A DNA stretch of 37,222 bases from Nocardioidaceae bacterium (GTDB lineage: Bacteria; Actinomycetota; Actinomycetes; Propionibacteriales; Nocardioidaceae): NCBI GenBank assembly GCA_013696015.1, contig JACCZI010000133.1:1-37222 (forward strand), in the 5' to 3' direction. Numbering within the stretch: the first letter of the stretch is position 1; every line of letters begins with the position of its first letter. The translations under genes were made by a program, and so were the position numbers. A model generated the notes under the pieces. That model was not told where the DNA came from. It did no database searches and was given only the letters and a program-made list of their open reading frames with translations. Shown one piece after another: positions 26,421-35,165 of this stretch.

Positions 26421-27101
26421 GTGGCAGAGATCAAGATCCGAGCCGAGGCACGGACCGAGTTCGGAAAGGGCGCAGCGCGTCGCATCCGACGCGACGCCAA
26501 GGTGCCCGCGGTCATCTACGGACACGGCCTGGACCCGCTGCACGTCATGCTGCCCGGGCATGACCTCATGCTGGCGCTCAAGACGGCCAACGCCTTGCTG
26601 TCTGTGGAGTTCGACGGTAAGAGCCAGCTCGCCCTCCCGAAGCAGGTGCAGCGGCATCCGATCAGAGGCTGGATCGAGCACGCTGACCTGCTGTTGGTCC
26701 GCCGCGGCGAGAAGGTGACGGTCAACGTGCCGGTCGTGCTGCATGGAGACGCCGAGCCGGGCGCGCTGGTGGTCACCGAGGTGACGGAGATCCCGCTCGA
26801 GGTCGAGGCGACCCACATCCCGGAGTCGGTCGAGGTATCCATCGAGGGTCTCGCCGTGGGATCGCAGGTCCTCGCCTCGGACCTGACGTTGCCTGACGGG
26901 GCCGCGCTCCACATGGACCCCGACCACCTCGTGGTCAACATCACCGCGGCGCCCACCGCGGAGGAGTTCGAGGCGGACCTCGCCGAGGCGGAGGCCGACG
27001 TCGGCATCGAACGTGAGGAGCCGGCGGACAGCGAGGACGCCGACATCGCGGGCGAGGGCACCACCGCCGAGGGCGAAGCGGCTCCGTCGAACGACGGGTG
27101 A
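26421..27101 (+). CDS. rplY: 50S ribosomal protein L25 / general stress protein Ctc
   Basis: From GTG 26421, with GAGGAG 10 nt upstream: RTEFGKGAARRIRRDAKVPAVIYGHG, then an acidic C-terminal tail. Confidence 0.9.
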   Translation: MAEIKIRAEARTEFGKGAARRIRRDAKVPAVIYGHGLDPLHVMLPGHDLMLALKTANALLSVEFDGKSQLALPKQVQRHPIRGWIEHADLLLVRRGEKVTVNVPVVLHGDAEPGALVVTEVTEIPLEVEATHIPESVEVSIEGLAVGSQVLASDLTLPDGAALHMDPDHLVVNITAAPTAEEFEADLAEAEADVGIEREEPADSEDADIAGEGTTAEGEAAPSNDG

Positions 27102-27730
27102 CGCTGCTCCACGCGCTGCGTCAGCGCAGGTCTGACGCGGCTGCGAGCCCGGACGTATGGATCGTCGTTGGACTCGGCAACCCCGGACCGGAGTACGCCG
27201 CCACTCGGCACAACGTGGGCTACCTCGTCTGTGACCTCATGGCCGAGCGCCTGGGCGTCTCCCTGCGCGCCCACAGGTCTCGGCGGGCTGACGTGGCCGA
27301 AGGCCGACTCGGGGCGCTCGCGGAGGCCGTCCGCGTTGTCGCTGCCCGCCCGCGGTCCTACATGAACCACAGCGGTGGCGCGGTGAGCGCCCTGCTCGCG
27401 TATTACAAGGTTCCGGCGCAACGCCTCGTGGTCGTCCACGATGAGCTCGACCTGCCGTTCGGAACACTGCGGGTCAAGTACGACGGAGGCGACAACGGTC
27501 ACAATGGTCTGAAGTCGATCCGGTCCTCGCTCGGGACCGGGAGCTATCACCGGGTCCGGATCGGCATCGGACGCCCCCCTGAGTCTCGCTCGGCAGCGGA
27601 CTTCGTGCTGCAACGGTTCTCGGCAGCCGAACGCCGCGACCTTCCCGGAGTGGCCGACACAGCAGCCAATGCGGTCGAGAGTTTACTTCTGCGTGGTCTG
27701 ACAATGACACAGAGTGACTATAACGGATAA
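27098..27730 (+). CDS. pth: peptidyl-tRNA hydrolase
   Basis: IVVGLGNPGPEYAATRHNVG, SYMNHSGGAV, VVHDELDLPFG, GGDNGHNGLKSI. GTGA overlap with rplY. Confidence 0.9.
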   Translation: MTLLHALRQRRSDAAASPDVWIVVGLGNPGPEYAATRHNVGYLVCDLMAERLGVSLRAHRSRRADVAEGRLGALAEAVRVVAARPRSYMNHSGGAVSALLAYYKVPAQRLVVVHDELDLPFGTLRVKYDGGDNGHNGLKSIRSSLGTGSYHRVRIGIGRPPESRSAADFVLQRFSAAERRDLPGVADTAANAVESLLLRGLTMTQSDYNG

Positions 27731-27872
27731 TCCAACAACGTTTCGGGCCGTAACGTCCCCGAATTGCGCACTTAGCGCTGCAGAGCGATTGCACGTTGTT
27801 TATGCTTAGGACACTCGGTCGCGCTTCGGCGCGGGCGTATCGGGACGCCAACCAGAACCTCGGGGTTTTGCT

Positions 27873-29294
27873 GTGAGTAATATTACTTTGAGTAGTCCTG
27901 CCGTTTCTTTCGGTAATCGACGCGCGCTCGCAACGACGCGTACCTCGACCGCGGCCCCGCCAGGCGATGCGCTGTCGGTCTACCTCGAGTACGTGGGCGC
28001 TGTGCTGTTCGGGCTCACAGCGGCCGTCGCGCTCCCCGGGCAGGGTGTCGTGCCGCTTGCCGTCACCGGCGGCGTGGCGCTCGCGTTCCTCCTCGAGCTG
28101 GTCACGCTGCCCGTCTACGACCGCACCCGATCCAGGCGTCCCTTGGGACGGATGGCTGTTATGGCCGGAGCTGCGCTACTGGTCGGGACCGCCATCGGCT
28201 GGCTGAACACGATGGACGTCCGCGGCGGGCTGATCGTGCTGACCACCAGCCTCGCGGTTCCGCTCGGAGCGAGGGTTCAGTACCCAGGCCGTCATGCCCC
28301 CCGCACCGCGTTGCTCATCGGCGACAGGATCGCCGTCTCCCACCTGATCACCCAGTGGAACGCGCTGCCCCACATCCGAATGGTCGGGGTCTGCCTGGTG
28401 GAAACCGATGACGACGCCGGCGACCAGCCGCGCCAGATCCAGGGCATCCCGGTCGTCGGCTCGTTGCCGAACGTGCCGGGTGTGGCCCACGACCTGGGCG
28501 TCGACCAGGTGGTCGTAGCTCCAGGGCCGGTCCTCACCGCGTACGACGTCCGGCGCTTGAGCTGGGCGCTCGAGGACTCCGCGATCGAGCTGACCGTCGC
28601 CACCGAGGTCCACGGAGCGGTCCCGGGACGCATCGAACCGCGCCTGCTCGGTCGACGGTTGCTGCTGTCGGTGCGGCCGACCCGCCGGCCAGCGCTGCTG
28701 GTGTGGCTGAAGTCGTGCTTCGACCGTCTGAGCGCACTCCTGCTGCTCGTTGTGACTGCGCCGCTCATCGCGGTCCTGGTGGTACTGGTGCGGCGCGACA
28801 CTCCCGGGCCAGGATTCTTCCGCCAGACCCGGGTCGGCCATCACGGTCGGTTGTTCACGATGTACAAGCTGCGGACGATGCGGACCAACGCCGAGCAGCT
28901 GCGTTCGGAGCTCGACCGCTACAACGAGGGAGCCGGCCCGCTGTTCAAGATGGCGTCCGACCCACGCATCACACGCGTCGGCCGCGTGCTGCGCCGGTGC
29001 TCCCTCGACGAGCTGCCGCAGCTGATCAATGTGGTCAAGGGCGACATGTCGCTGATCGGCCCTCGGCCGGCGCTGCCGTCGGAGCTGATCGAGTACGACC
29101 ACTGGATTCGTCGTCGGCTGAGCGTCAAACCCGGCATCACCGGGCTCTGGCAGGTGAGCGGGCGGTCACGACTGGCGTGGAACGACGCGGTGCGGCTCGA
29201 CCTGGACTACGTCGACAACTGGACGATGGGCGGCGACGTCGGGATCGCGGCGCGCACCGTCGGCGCGGTGCTGCGACGTGACGGCGCGGCCTGA
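27873..29294 (+). CDS. polyprenyl-phosphate glycosyl-1-phosphate transferase (bacterial sugar transferase, WbaP/EpsB-like priming enzyme)
   Basis: 473 aa. N-terminal TM segments followed by a C-terminal Bac_transf domain (PGFFRQTRVGHHGRLFTMYKLRTM ... DELPQLINVVKGDMSLIGPRP ... PGITGLWQVSGRS). Confidence 0.85.
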   Translation: MSNITLSSPAVSFGNRRALATTRTSTAAPPGDALSVYLEYVGAVLFGLTAAVALPGQGVVPLAVTGGVALAFLLELVTLPVYDRTRSRRPLGRMAVMAGAALLVGTAIGWLNTMDVRGGLIVLTTSLAVPLGARVQYPGRHAPRTALLIGDRIAVSHLITQWNALPHIRMVGVCLVETDDDAGDQPRQIQGIPVVGSLPNVPGVAHDLGVDQVVVAPGPVLTAYDVRRLSWALEDSAIELTVATEVHGAVPGRIEPRLLGRRLLLSVRPTRRPALLVWLKSCFDRLSALLLLVVTAPLIAVLVVLVRRDTPGPGFFRQTRVGHHGRLFTMYKLRTMRTNAEQLRSELDRYNEGAGPLFKMASDPRITRVGRVLRRCSLDELPQLINVVKGDMSLIGPRPALPSELIEYDHWIRRRLSVKPGITGLWQVSGRSRLAWNDAVRLDLDYVDNWTMGGDVGIAARTVGAVLRRDGAA

Positions 29295-29488
29295 CCCGGG
29301 CAGGTCCACGGCAGACAATTCTCGCCATTTGTAGTCAGTCAGTGACCCAAAGTGACAGAATGTCTCTGGTGGTGGGTGGCGGCCGGTTGACGCCGTGCCT
29401 CCCACGCCGCAGCATGTGCACCTACCTGCCGGCGATCCCAGCGAGCTGAGGAACATGGTCGTGCGGCGTGACGCAAGGGGACCACTCG

Positions 29489-30559
29489 ATGACCGTGCAA
29501 CTGCACCGCAGCCGCCGTGTCGGTGGTGCGCTGGCCGCGCTGGCCCTCGCCGCGGCCCTGATCCCCAGCGGCACGTCGGTCGCTCAGAGCGTGGCCCCGA
29601 GGGTGGCCCCGAGCCGCGCCGACATTGACAGTTCGACGCTCGCGTGCGGGGTGAACCGGCGGCTCGTGCCCTCCTGCGGCGTGTCGTGGGGCGTCTACAC
29701 CAAACAACGGACGGCCGCTGAGGGCTGGGCCACGCCGTTCGTGCAGATCGAGCGGGCGATCGGCCGCAGGTTCGACCTGGTGAAGCGCTACCACGACTGG
29801 TCCAACTCGGGCGGCAACGGGCAGTTCCCCGACCAGTACGAGCGGCAGCTGGGAGCCACCGGGCAACGCACCTTGTACTTCGCGTGGACGTCAAACATCT
29901 GGTCCACGGGCTCCTTTGCGCACTGGCGCGACATCGCCAACGGCGAGTACGACTCATCGGTGATCTTGCCTGCGGCGAAGCGGTTGAAGGCCTGGGGCAA
30001 GCCGGTCTTCATCGACTTCGACCACGAGATGGACGGTCGGACCCGGACCGCCAACGGCACCCCCGCCGACTATGTGGCGGCGTACCGCCACATCCAGGAC
30101 GTGATGGCGAACGCCGGTGTCACCAATGTGGTGTGGGCGTGGGTGCCGACGGGCACGATGGCCAACGTCGGCCGCATCAAGGCCATGTACCCCGGTGACG
30201 CCTACGTCGACTGGGTCGGTTACGACCCGTACAACTTCTTCCGGTGCAACGGTTCGCCCTGGGAGGATCCCTACCGGTCCCTGGCGCCGTTCTACGGCTG
30301 GCTGCAGGACAACGGCATGGCCGACAAGCCGATACTGCTCGGCGAGTACGGCTCCGTGCCGGACCCGGACAACGTCGGGCGTATCAAGGATTGGTACGGC
30401 GGCGTCCCGGCTGCCCTGAAGCGGCTGCCTCACATCAAGGCGGTCATCCAGTGGAACTCCCAGACCTCGACGATCTGCGACTTCCGGGTCACCGGGAGCC
30501 CAGCGGCGCTGAGCGGCTTCCGGAGCGCTGCCAACGCCCCTTACGTCACCGGCGGCTGA
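29489..30559 (+). CDS. secreted glycoside hydrolase, GH26-like
   Basis: From ATG 29489: signal-peptide-like RSRRVGGALAALALAAALIPSGTSVAQS. FIDFDHEMDG, WAWVP, WVGYDPYN and LLGEYGS resemble GH26 acid/base and nucleophile regions. The family assignment is by eye only. Confidence 0.55.
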   Translation: MTVQLHRSRRVGGALAALALAAALIPSGTSVAQSVAPRVAPSRADIDSSTLACGVNRRLVPSCGVSWGVYTKQRTAAEGWATPFVQIERAIGRRFDLVKRYHDWSNSGGNGQFPDQYERQLGATGQRTLYFAWTSNIWSTGSFAHWRDIANGEYDSSVILPAAKRLKAWGKPVFIDFDHEMDGRTRTANGTPADYVAAYRHIQDVMANAGVTNVVWAWVPTGTMANVGRIKAMYPGDAYVDWVGYDPYNFFRCNGSPWEDPYRSLAPFYGWLQDNGMADKPILLGEYGSVPDPDNVGRIKDWYGGVPAALKRLPHIKAVIQWNSQTSTICDFRVTGSPAALSGFRSAANAPYVTGG

Positions 30560-30563
30560 GCCC

Positions 30564-31493
30564 TCAGGCCGGATAGCCGTAGTGGCGTCGGAGCGGCCAC
30601 GTCACCGCGGCGACGAGCCGCCGCCGCGAGGGGGGTAGGGCGCTGCGCCACGCGTCGTCGGTGCGGACGCGGACATTCCCAGTGGTGAACCGCAGGGGGT
30701 TGCCGGCGACGGTGTGATTGCGGTGCAGCGGGAGCTCGTGCTCAGGCCCGGGCGGAACCGTGTCACCCGGCAGGTCCAGGTACGACGTGATCCGTCGCAG
30801 CGTGGCCCGCGGCCCTGCGGCGAAGTCCTCGTAGCGGACGAGCAGTCGGGGAGTGCCACGGGCGGCGACGGCCTCGAACATGCTGTTGTGCGCCAGCCAA
30901 GTGCCGGCCACCTGGGGAGCCGAGTACTGCGGCATGTACTGCACTCGGTCCGAAATTTCGGGACGGCGGACCTGCTTGCCCCACGAGTACGCGACGCCTG
31001 GACTGTCACGGACGACGTGGACGAGGCGCAGGTCGACGTCCGGGTTCCACCGCAGGCAGGCGGCCAGCGACACGTGCTTGCTGGAGTCCAGCACCACCGT
31101 GGCGCCTGTCATCGCGGCCGCCGCCCGGTAGATCGCGACGTAGAGGTCGGTGTAGCGGCGTACCGCGTGCTGCCGCGAGGAGGGCAGTCGGGTGCGAAGC
31201 AGCAGGGGCACGAAGCGGTTGCGGTCGACCGCCGCCTTGAGCGCAAGCACCTCCGCGACGTCCACCTCGGACCAGCCGCCGAAGGCCCGGTCACCGATGT
31301 CCCGCCAGAATTGGCAGTCGTGGAACGGCTGACCGCAGCCACAACGCTGGTTGTCGCGCAACCCCCGCTCCCACAGGTGGACGAGCTCCCCGAGCGCGCA
31401 CAGGCCGCGCAGGCTGCCGAGTGTGAGCTCCAAGAGCGTCGAACCGCTGCGGCCGAAGCCGCCGATGTAGCCGACGCTGACAGGCGCTGTCAC
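30564..31493 (-). CDS. sulfotransferase family protein
   Basis: From GTG 31493, which overlaps the upstream stop (GTGA): YIGGFGRSGSTLLE (P-loop-like 5'-PSB), VVLDSSKH, LVHVVRDSPGVAYSW (3'-PB-like). 309 aa. Confidence 0.7.
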   Translation of the reverse strand: MTAPVSVGYIGGFGRSGSTLLELTLGSLRGLCALGELVHLWERGLRDNQRCGCGQPFHDCQFWRDIGDRAFGGWSEVDVAEVLALKAAVDRNRFVPLLLRTRLPSSRQHAVRRYTDLYVAIYRAAAAMTGATVVLDSSKHVSLAACLRWNPDVDLRLVHVVRDSPGVAYSWGKQVRRPEISDRVQYMPQYSAPQVAGTWLAHNSMFEAVAARGTPRLLVRYEDFAAGPRATLRRITSYLDLPGDTVPPGPEHELPLHRNHTVAGNPLRFTTGNVRVRTDDAWRSALPPSRRRLVAAVTWPLRRHYGYPA

Positions 31494-32713
31494 CGCAAGT
31501 CGCTCAGCCAGCGCAGGGCACCGTCGTGGAAGCGGGAGTTCCAGCCGGCACCACAGGCGTAAAGCCGGGCGGCGCGCAGGTACATCTCCAGGGGATACAG
31601 CGTCGAGGCAACGACATGCTGCACAGAGACGTTGTCGGCGGCGACCCGCAGGGCGTTGGCGAAGCTGCGCCGGCGGTGAACGAACTCCCGTTGGAACACG
31701 AAGTGGAGGGCGTCGAAACCGACCGGGGCGCTGGCTGCGTAGTGCTCCCAGTCCCAGGCCCACAGCTGGCCGCGGATCCGGGCCAGATTCCAGAACGACC
31801 AGTCCCCGTGCCATGGACCGAAATCCATGGCTGTGCCGGCGTGCAGCTCCGCCGCTTGCAGCGCGCCGCGGAGCGCGTCGGCTTCCGCGGCCGACAGCGC
31901 TGCGGCCGCGTCGAGAGCGTCGCTGCGTTGTCGCACGGTGTGCCAGTAGGGACTCTCGCCGAGGGGCGTGTGCGTCACCGTCATTGCATTCCGGGGGGAC
32001 TCGCAGAGGCTAGGCGGTGGCCCGCCACGGTGCGGATAGGCGGCGGCGTCGAGGGGGAGCGGGCAGGTGGCGAGGACGCTGCGTTCCTGCCACGGCGCAT
32101 GGAGCAGCACCTGCGGTCGAGCGGGGTACCTGACGCCGTCCGTGGCGAGGGCCTCGAGGGCGGCCGCCTCGTTGTCGACCATGGCCCGGGTCACCGGGTT
32201 CCACCCGATCTTGGCGAACGCGACAGGTGCGCCGGCCGTGTCGAAGAGCTGCAGGATCGGCTTGCGGTTCGGGCCGGGGTTGGTGAGGCCGATGGCGGCG
32301 GCCAGCGGGCCGGTCTCGAGCCGGTCCCGCAGGTGATGCGTCAAAGACAGCTGGGGAGCCGAGCCTGCGTTCTCAGCTGGGACGCACACGCTCAGCTGCG
32401 CACCGGTGACGAGTCTTCCCGTGCCGAGGCGCAGCGCCGTGGCCGCGCCCCGGCGGAAGACGCGGGTGCGTGGCTGTCGCAGCGCGTTATAGGTGCTCAG
32501 GGCGGCCGCGGCGATGCGGGGCCGCTCGGGGAGGAGCATCTGTGGCCGCGCCAGGTTGGGCAACACCCGGAACCGTTCGAGCGCGACGTAGCCGTCCGGG
32601 ACGTCGCCGATGCTGGTGACCAGTTCTCCGGTCGCTGCCGCCGGCCACACCTGGGTGACCAGCGCCGCGAGCTCCGCGCCGAGGGTGGCCGGCGCTGCCC
32701 GGCTCAGGACCAC
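31490..32713 (-). CDS. protein-kinase-like fold phosphotransferase (APH/choline-kinase-type), substrate unknown
   Basis: 407 aa with a Brenner-type catalytic motif WHGDWSFWN (HxDxxxxN), a following WAWDWE (metal-binding D), and candidate beta3 Lys in VAFAKIGW. I recognise no closer family. Confidence 0.55.
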   Translation of the reverse strand: MVLSRAAPATLGAELAALVTQVWPAAATGELVTSIGDVPDGYVALERFRVLPNLARPQMLLPERPRIAAAALSTYNALRQPRTRVFRRGAATALRLGTGRLVTGAQLSVCVPAENAGSAPQLSLTHHLRDRLETGPLAAAIGLTNPGPNRKPILQLFDTAGAPVAFAKIGWNPVTRAMVDNEAAALEALATDGVRYPARPQVLLHAPWQERSVLATCPLPLDAAAYPHRGGPPPSLCESPRNAMTVTHTPLGESPYWHTVRQRSDALDAAAALSAAEADALRGALQAAELHAGTAMDFGPWHGDWSFWNLARIRGQLWAWDWEHYAASAPVGFDALHFVFQREFVHRRRSFANALRVAADNVSVQHVVASTLYPLEMYLRAARLYACGAGWNSRFHDGALRWLSDLR

Positions 32714-33600
32714 ATCGGGTCCCGTCCCAGGAGCCGTACGAGTGCGGCGTTGTGCGGTCGGTAGAAGCGCTCCAGCTGCGTCCGGGTCTCGGGCAGCATG
32801 TCGTGCGCGGGCTCGTAGTTCCAGCGCTTGGGGTTTCGCAGGGGACGCTCCGGTAGCTGCAGGAAGCGGTGGACCTCCTGCAGCGAGCTGGTGGGGTCGG
32901 TGTAGAAGTCCTCGCTGCGCAGCACCAGCATCGAGGTGGCCGGAAAGTACTGCTGCCAGCTCAGCAGCTGCGGGTGGTAGACGCCTCGGTCCCGGTAGCC
33001 GTACCAGTCGTGCGGCCGGCTGTAGTGGTGCGGTCGTTCCAGCATCGTCTCGACCTCGCCGGCCAGTCTCTTCGGTTCCGCGGCCAGTGCCGCCTCGAAG
33101 CTCAGCTCCTCCACACCGGCCCGGACCCGTTCCTTGTAGTGCGAGAACGCCCGTTCGACCGGGTTGCGCAGCAACACGATGAGCCTGACGCCAGGCAGCA
33201 CCTCAGCGACGCGCTGCGGAACGCGCGGGTCGTACAGGTAGTACGGGCTGGCCTCGCCCGCCACCACCGGATGCCCGAGGTGTCGTCGAGCTCGGCTACG
33301 GCTGAGCCGGGTGGGAAAGTGCGACCGGTACCAGCGCAGGCCTCGGTCGTAGTGCCAGTAGAAGTAGTGCGGACTCTTGAGGTTCTCCGCCGCCGGCCAC
33401 ATCGGGAGCACACCGGGGTGCTCGAGCAGATAGTTCCAGAGCGACGTGGTTCCGCCCCGCTTGGTGCCGATGATGAGGAAGTCCGGCAGCGGCCTCGTCG
33501 ACGCGGTGGCACGCCCCCACACCCGCAGCCCGCTCCGCGCCGATTCCTTGACCGGTGCCGGGAGCAACCGCTTGCCCAGCGAGGTGGCCGACGACGTCAC
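32704..33600 (-). CDS. sulfotransferase domain protein (Sulfotransfer_1-like)
   Basis: FLIIGTKRGGTTSLWNYLLEHP (5'-PSB) and LIVLLRNPVERAFSHYKE (3'-PB). Paralogous in motif pattern to the C-terminal domain of the 19177-21435 fusion. Confidence 0.85.
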   Translation of the reverse strand: MTSSATSLGKRLLPAPVKESARSGLRVWGRATASTRPLPDFLIIGTKRGGTTSLWNYLLEHPGVLPMWPAAENLKSPHYFYWHYDRGLRWYRSHFPTRLSRSRARRHLGHPVVAGEASPYYLYDPRVPQRVAEVLPGVRLIVLLRNPVERAFSHYKERVRAGVEELSFEAALAAEPKRLAGEVETMLERPHHYSRPHDWYGYRDRGVYHPQLLSWQQYFPATSMLVLRSEDFYTDPTSSLQEVHRFLQLPERPLRNPKRWNYEPAHDMLPETRTQLERFYRPHNAALVRLLGRDPMWS

Positions 33601-35165
33601 GAGTCGCTCCTCGGTGAGGTATGCCGCCCCGTCACCAGCGAACGTGGGAGGGCGGCGAGCTCACGGAGCTCGAGGAGATCGCGGAAGGGCCGCAGCGCTG
33701 CCGCGTACAACGCGGTGCCGAGCAGTGCCGTTGCGAGCAGGGCCACGAGGGTGTCATCGAGGACCAGCCTGCCCCCCACGGCCAGTGCACCGAAGCACAG
33801 ACACGCCGCCGCGCCCGTCGCCATCGCCGCGCGGTCGATGCTGCGCGTCTCGAGTAGCCGGCTTACCTGAGCCACCGCCAGCAGGTTGTCGACGACGATG
33901 GCCGCGGCCCACGCCAGCGCGGCGCCTGTCATGCCGAACGGCGGCACGAGTACCAGGTTGAGCGTGACGTTGAGGCCCAGGGCAGCCGCCTTGTTACCGA
34001 GGACTGAGCCGCTGCGTCCTGCCATCAGGAGGACTGTTCCGACGTTGCCGGTGGCCAGGCTGACCAGCATGGCGAGGGACAGCACGGTGAGCGCAGTGCT
34101 GCCGGGCAGGTACTGGTCGCCGAACAGACCGAGCAGGGTGGCGGGAAAACTGGCCATGAGCAGGTAGATCGGCCAGGACGTGAGCATGATCCACGAGGTC
34201 GCGGTCCTGTAGACCCGGGTCGCCCGCTCGCGTTGGCCGGTGCTGAGCAGGGCACTCAGCTCAGGCGCTGTGGCCAGCCGCATCGCCTGCACCACCAGCG
34301 TCCCTGTCGTCACGTAGCGGCTCCCGGCGGCGTAGATGCCGGCTTCGGCGGTCGAGCGCAGCAGTCCGACCAGCACCACGTCGAGCCAGACCAGTGTGAT
34401 GTCGATGCTGGCCGCACCGCCGCGCAGGAGGGAGTACGACCAGAAGTCCGCCGCCAGCCTCCTGAAGGGGCGGCGCGAGGGTGTCTCCGCGTCCGCGCCC
34501 GACTCGACGGCCCGCAGCCGGCGCCGCAGGACGAGGACTGCGGCGGCCAGGGCGGGCACCAGAGGCAGCGCCCACGCCCAGGGCAGCGCCGAGGTCGCGA
34601 GCACCTGGACCGCCACCACCACGCATGCCAGCCGGGCGAAGGGCAGCCATACGTTCTGCAGGAGCACGAAGGGGCGGACCCCGCCCAGTCCGCGCGTCGC
34701 CTGGACACACACGTTGTAGGCGGTACCGATCAGCAGGAACGCCAACACCGCCTGTAGGTACGGCGCCGCCTCACCGGTCGCCGATCCCCCCACCAGCCAC
34801 CCGAGGAGCTGGTCGCTCCAGACCAAGCCCAGCAACGTCACGATGCCGCTGGTGAACAGGATCGGCGGGAGCGCCACCACCAGGGTCCCGCGCAGGTCGT
34901 GCAGCTGGCCGAGCGCGCTCGACCGGGAGAGCGTGCGCAGCAGGCCGGTGTCCGCGCCGAGGCAGGCCACGCTGCTGGCGATCGTGAACAGCGCGACCGC
35001 CTCGAAGAAGAGGCCGGCTCCTGTTGTGCTGGTGCTTCTCGCCACGACGACGGTGAGGGCGAAGCCGCCGGCAGCAGCGGTGACGGCACCTGCCAGACCG
35101 AGCCCGCCGCTGCGAGCGACGCGGGTCAGGTCGGTGGCCGACCTGTCCGACACCGAGGTGGTCAT
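33597..35165 (-). CDS. polysaccharide/oligosaccharide flippase (Wzx, MOP superfamily)
   Basis: From ATG 35165: 522 aa with roughly 12-14 hydrophobic segments and a typical Polysacc_synt-like layout. ATGA overlap with the upstream gene and GTGA overlap with the downstream sulfotransferase. Confidence 0.8.
   Translation of the reverse strand: MTTSVSDRSATDLTRVARSGGLGLAGAVTAAAGGFALTVVVARSTSTTGAGLFFEAVALFTIASSVACLGADTGLLRTLSRSSALGQLHDLRGTLVVALPPILFTSGIVTLLGLVWSDQLLGWLVGGSATGEAAPYLQAVLAFLLIGTAYNVCVQATRGLGGVRPFVLLQNVWLPFARLACVVVAVQVLATSALPWAWALPLVPALAAAVLVLRRRLRAVESGADAETPSRRPFRRLAADFWSYSLLRGGAASIDITLVWLDVVLVGLLRSTAEAGIYAAGSRYVTTGTLVVQAMRLATAPELSALLSTGQRERATRVYRTATSWIMLTSWPIYLLMASFPATLLGLFGDQYLPGSTALTVLSLAMLVSLATGNVGTVLLMAGRSGSVLGNKAAALGLNVTLNLVLVPPFGMTGAALAWAAAIVVDNLLAVAQVSRLLETRSIDRAAMATGAAACLCFGALAVGGRLVLDDTLVALLATALLGTALYAAALRPFRDLLELRELAALPRSLVTGRHTSPRSDS

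Noticed and set aside
23406-26515. Long minus-strand ORFs 23406..25220 (604 aa) and 25148..26515 (455 aa), antisense to glmU and prs
   Set aside because: The same reasoning applies: low-complexity Arg/Gly/Pro-rich translations opposite highly conserved genes.
29387-29425. Possible promoter (TTGACG at 29387-29392) upstream of the GH26-like gene, and the nearby AGTCAGTCAGTGAC near-repeat at about 29330-29345
   Set aside because: No acceptable -10 hexamer lies at 16-19 nt spacing. The short repeat is imperfect and unsupported.
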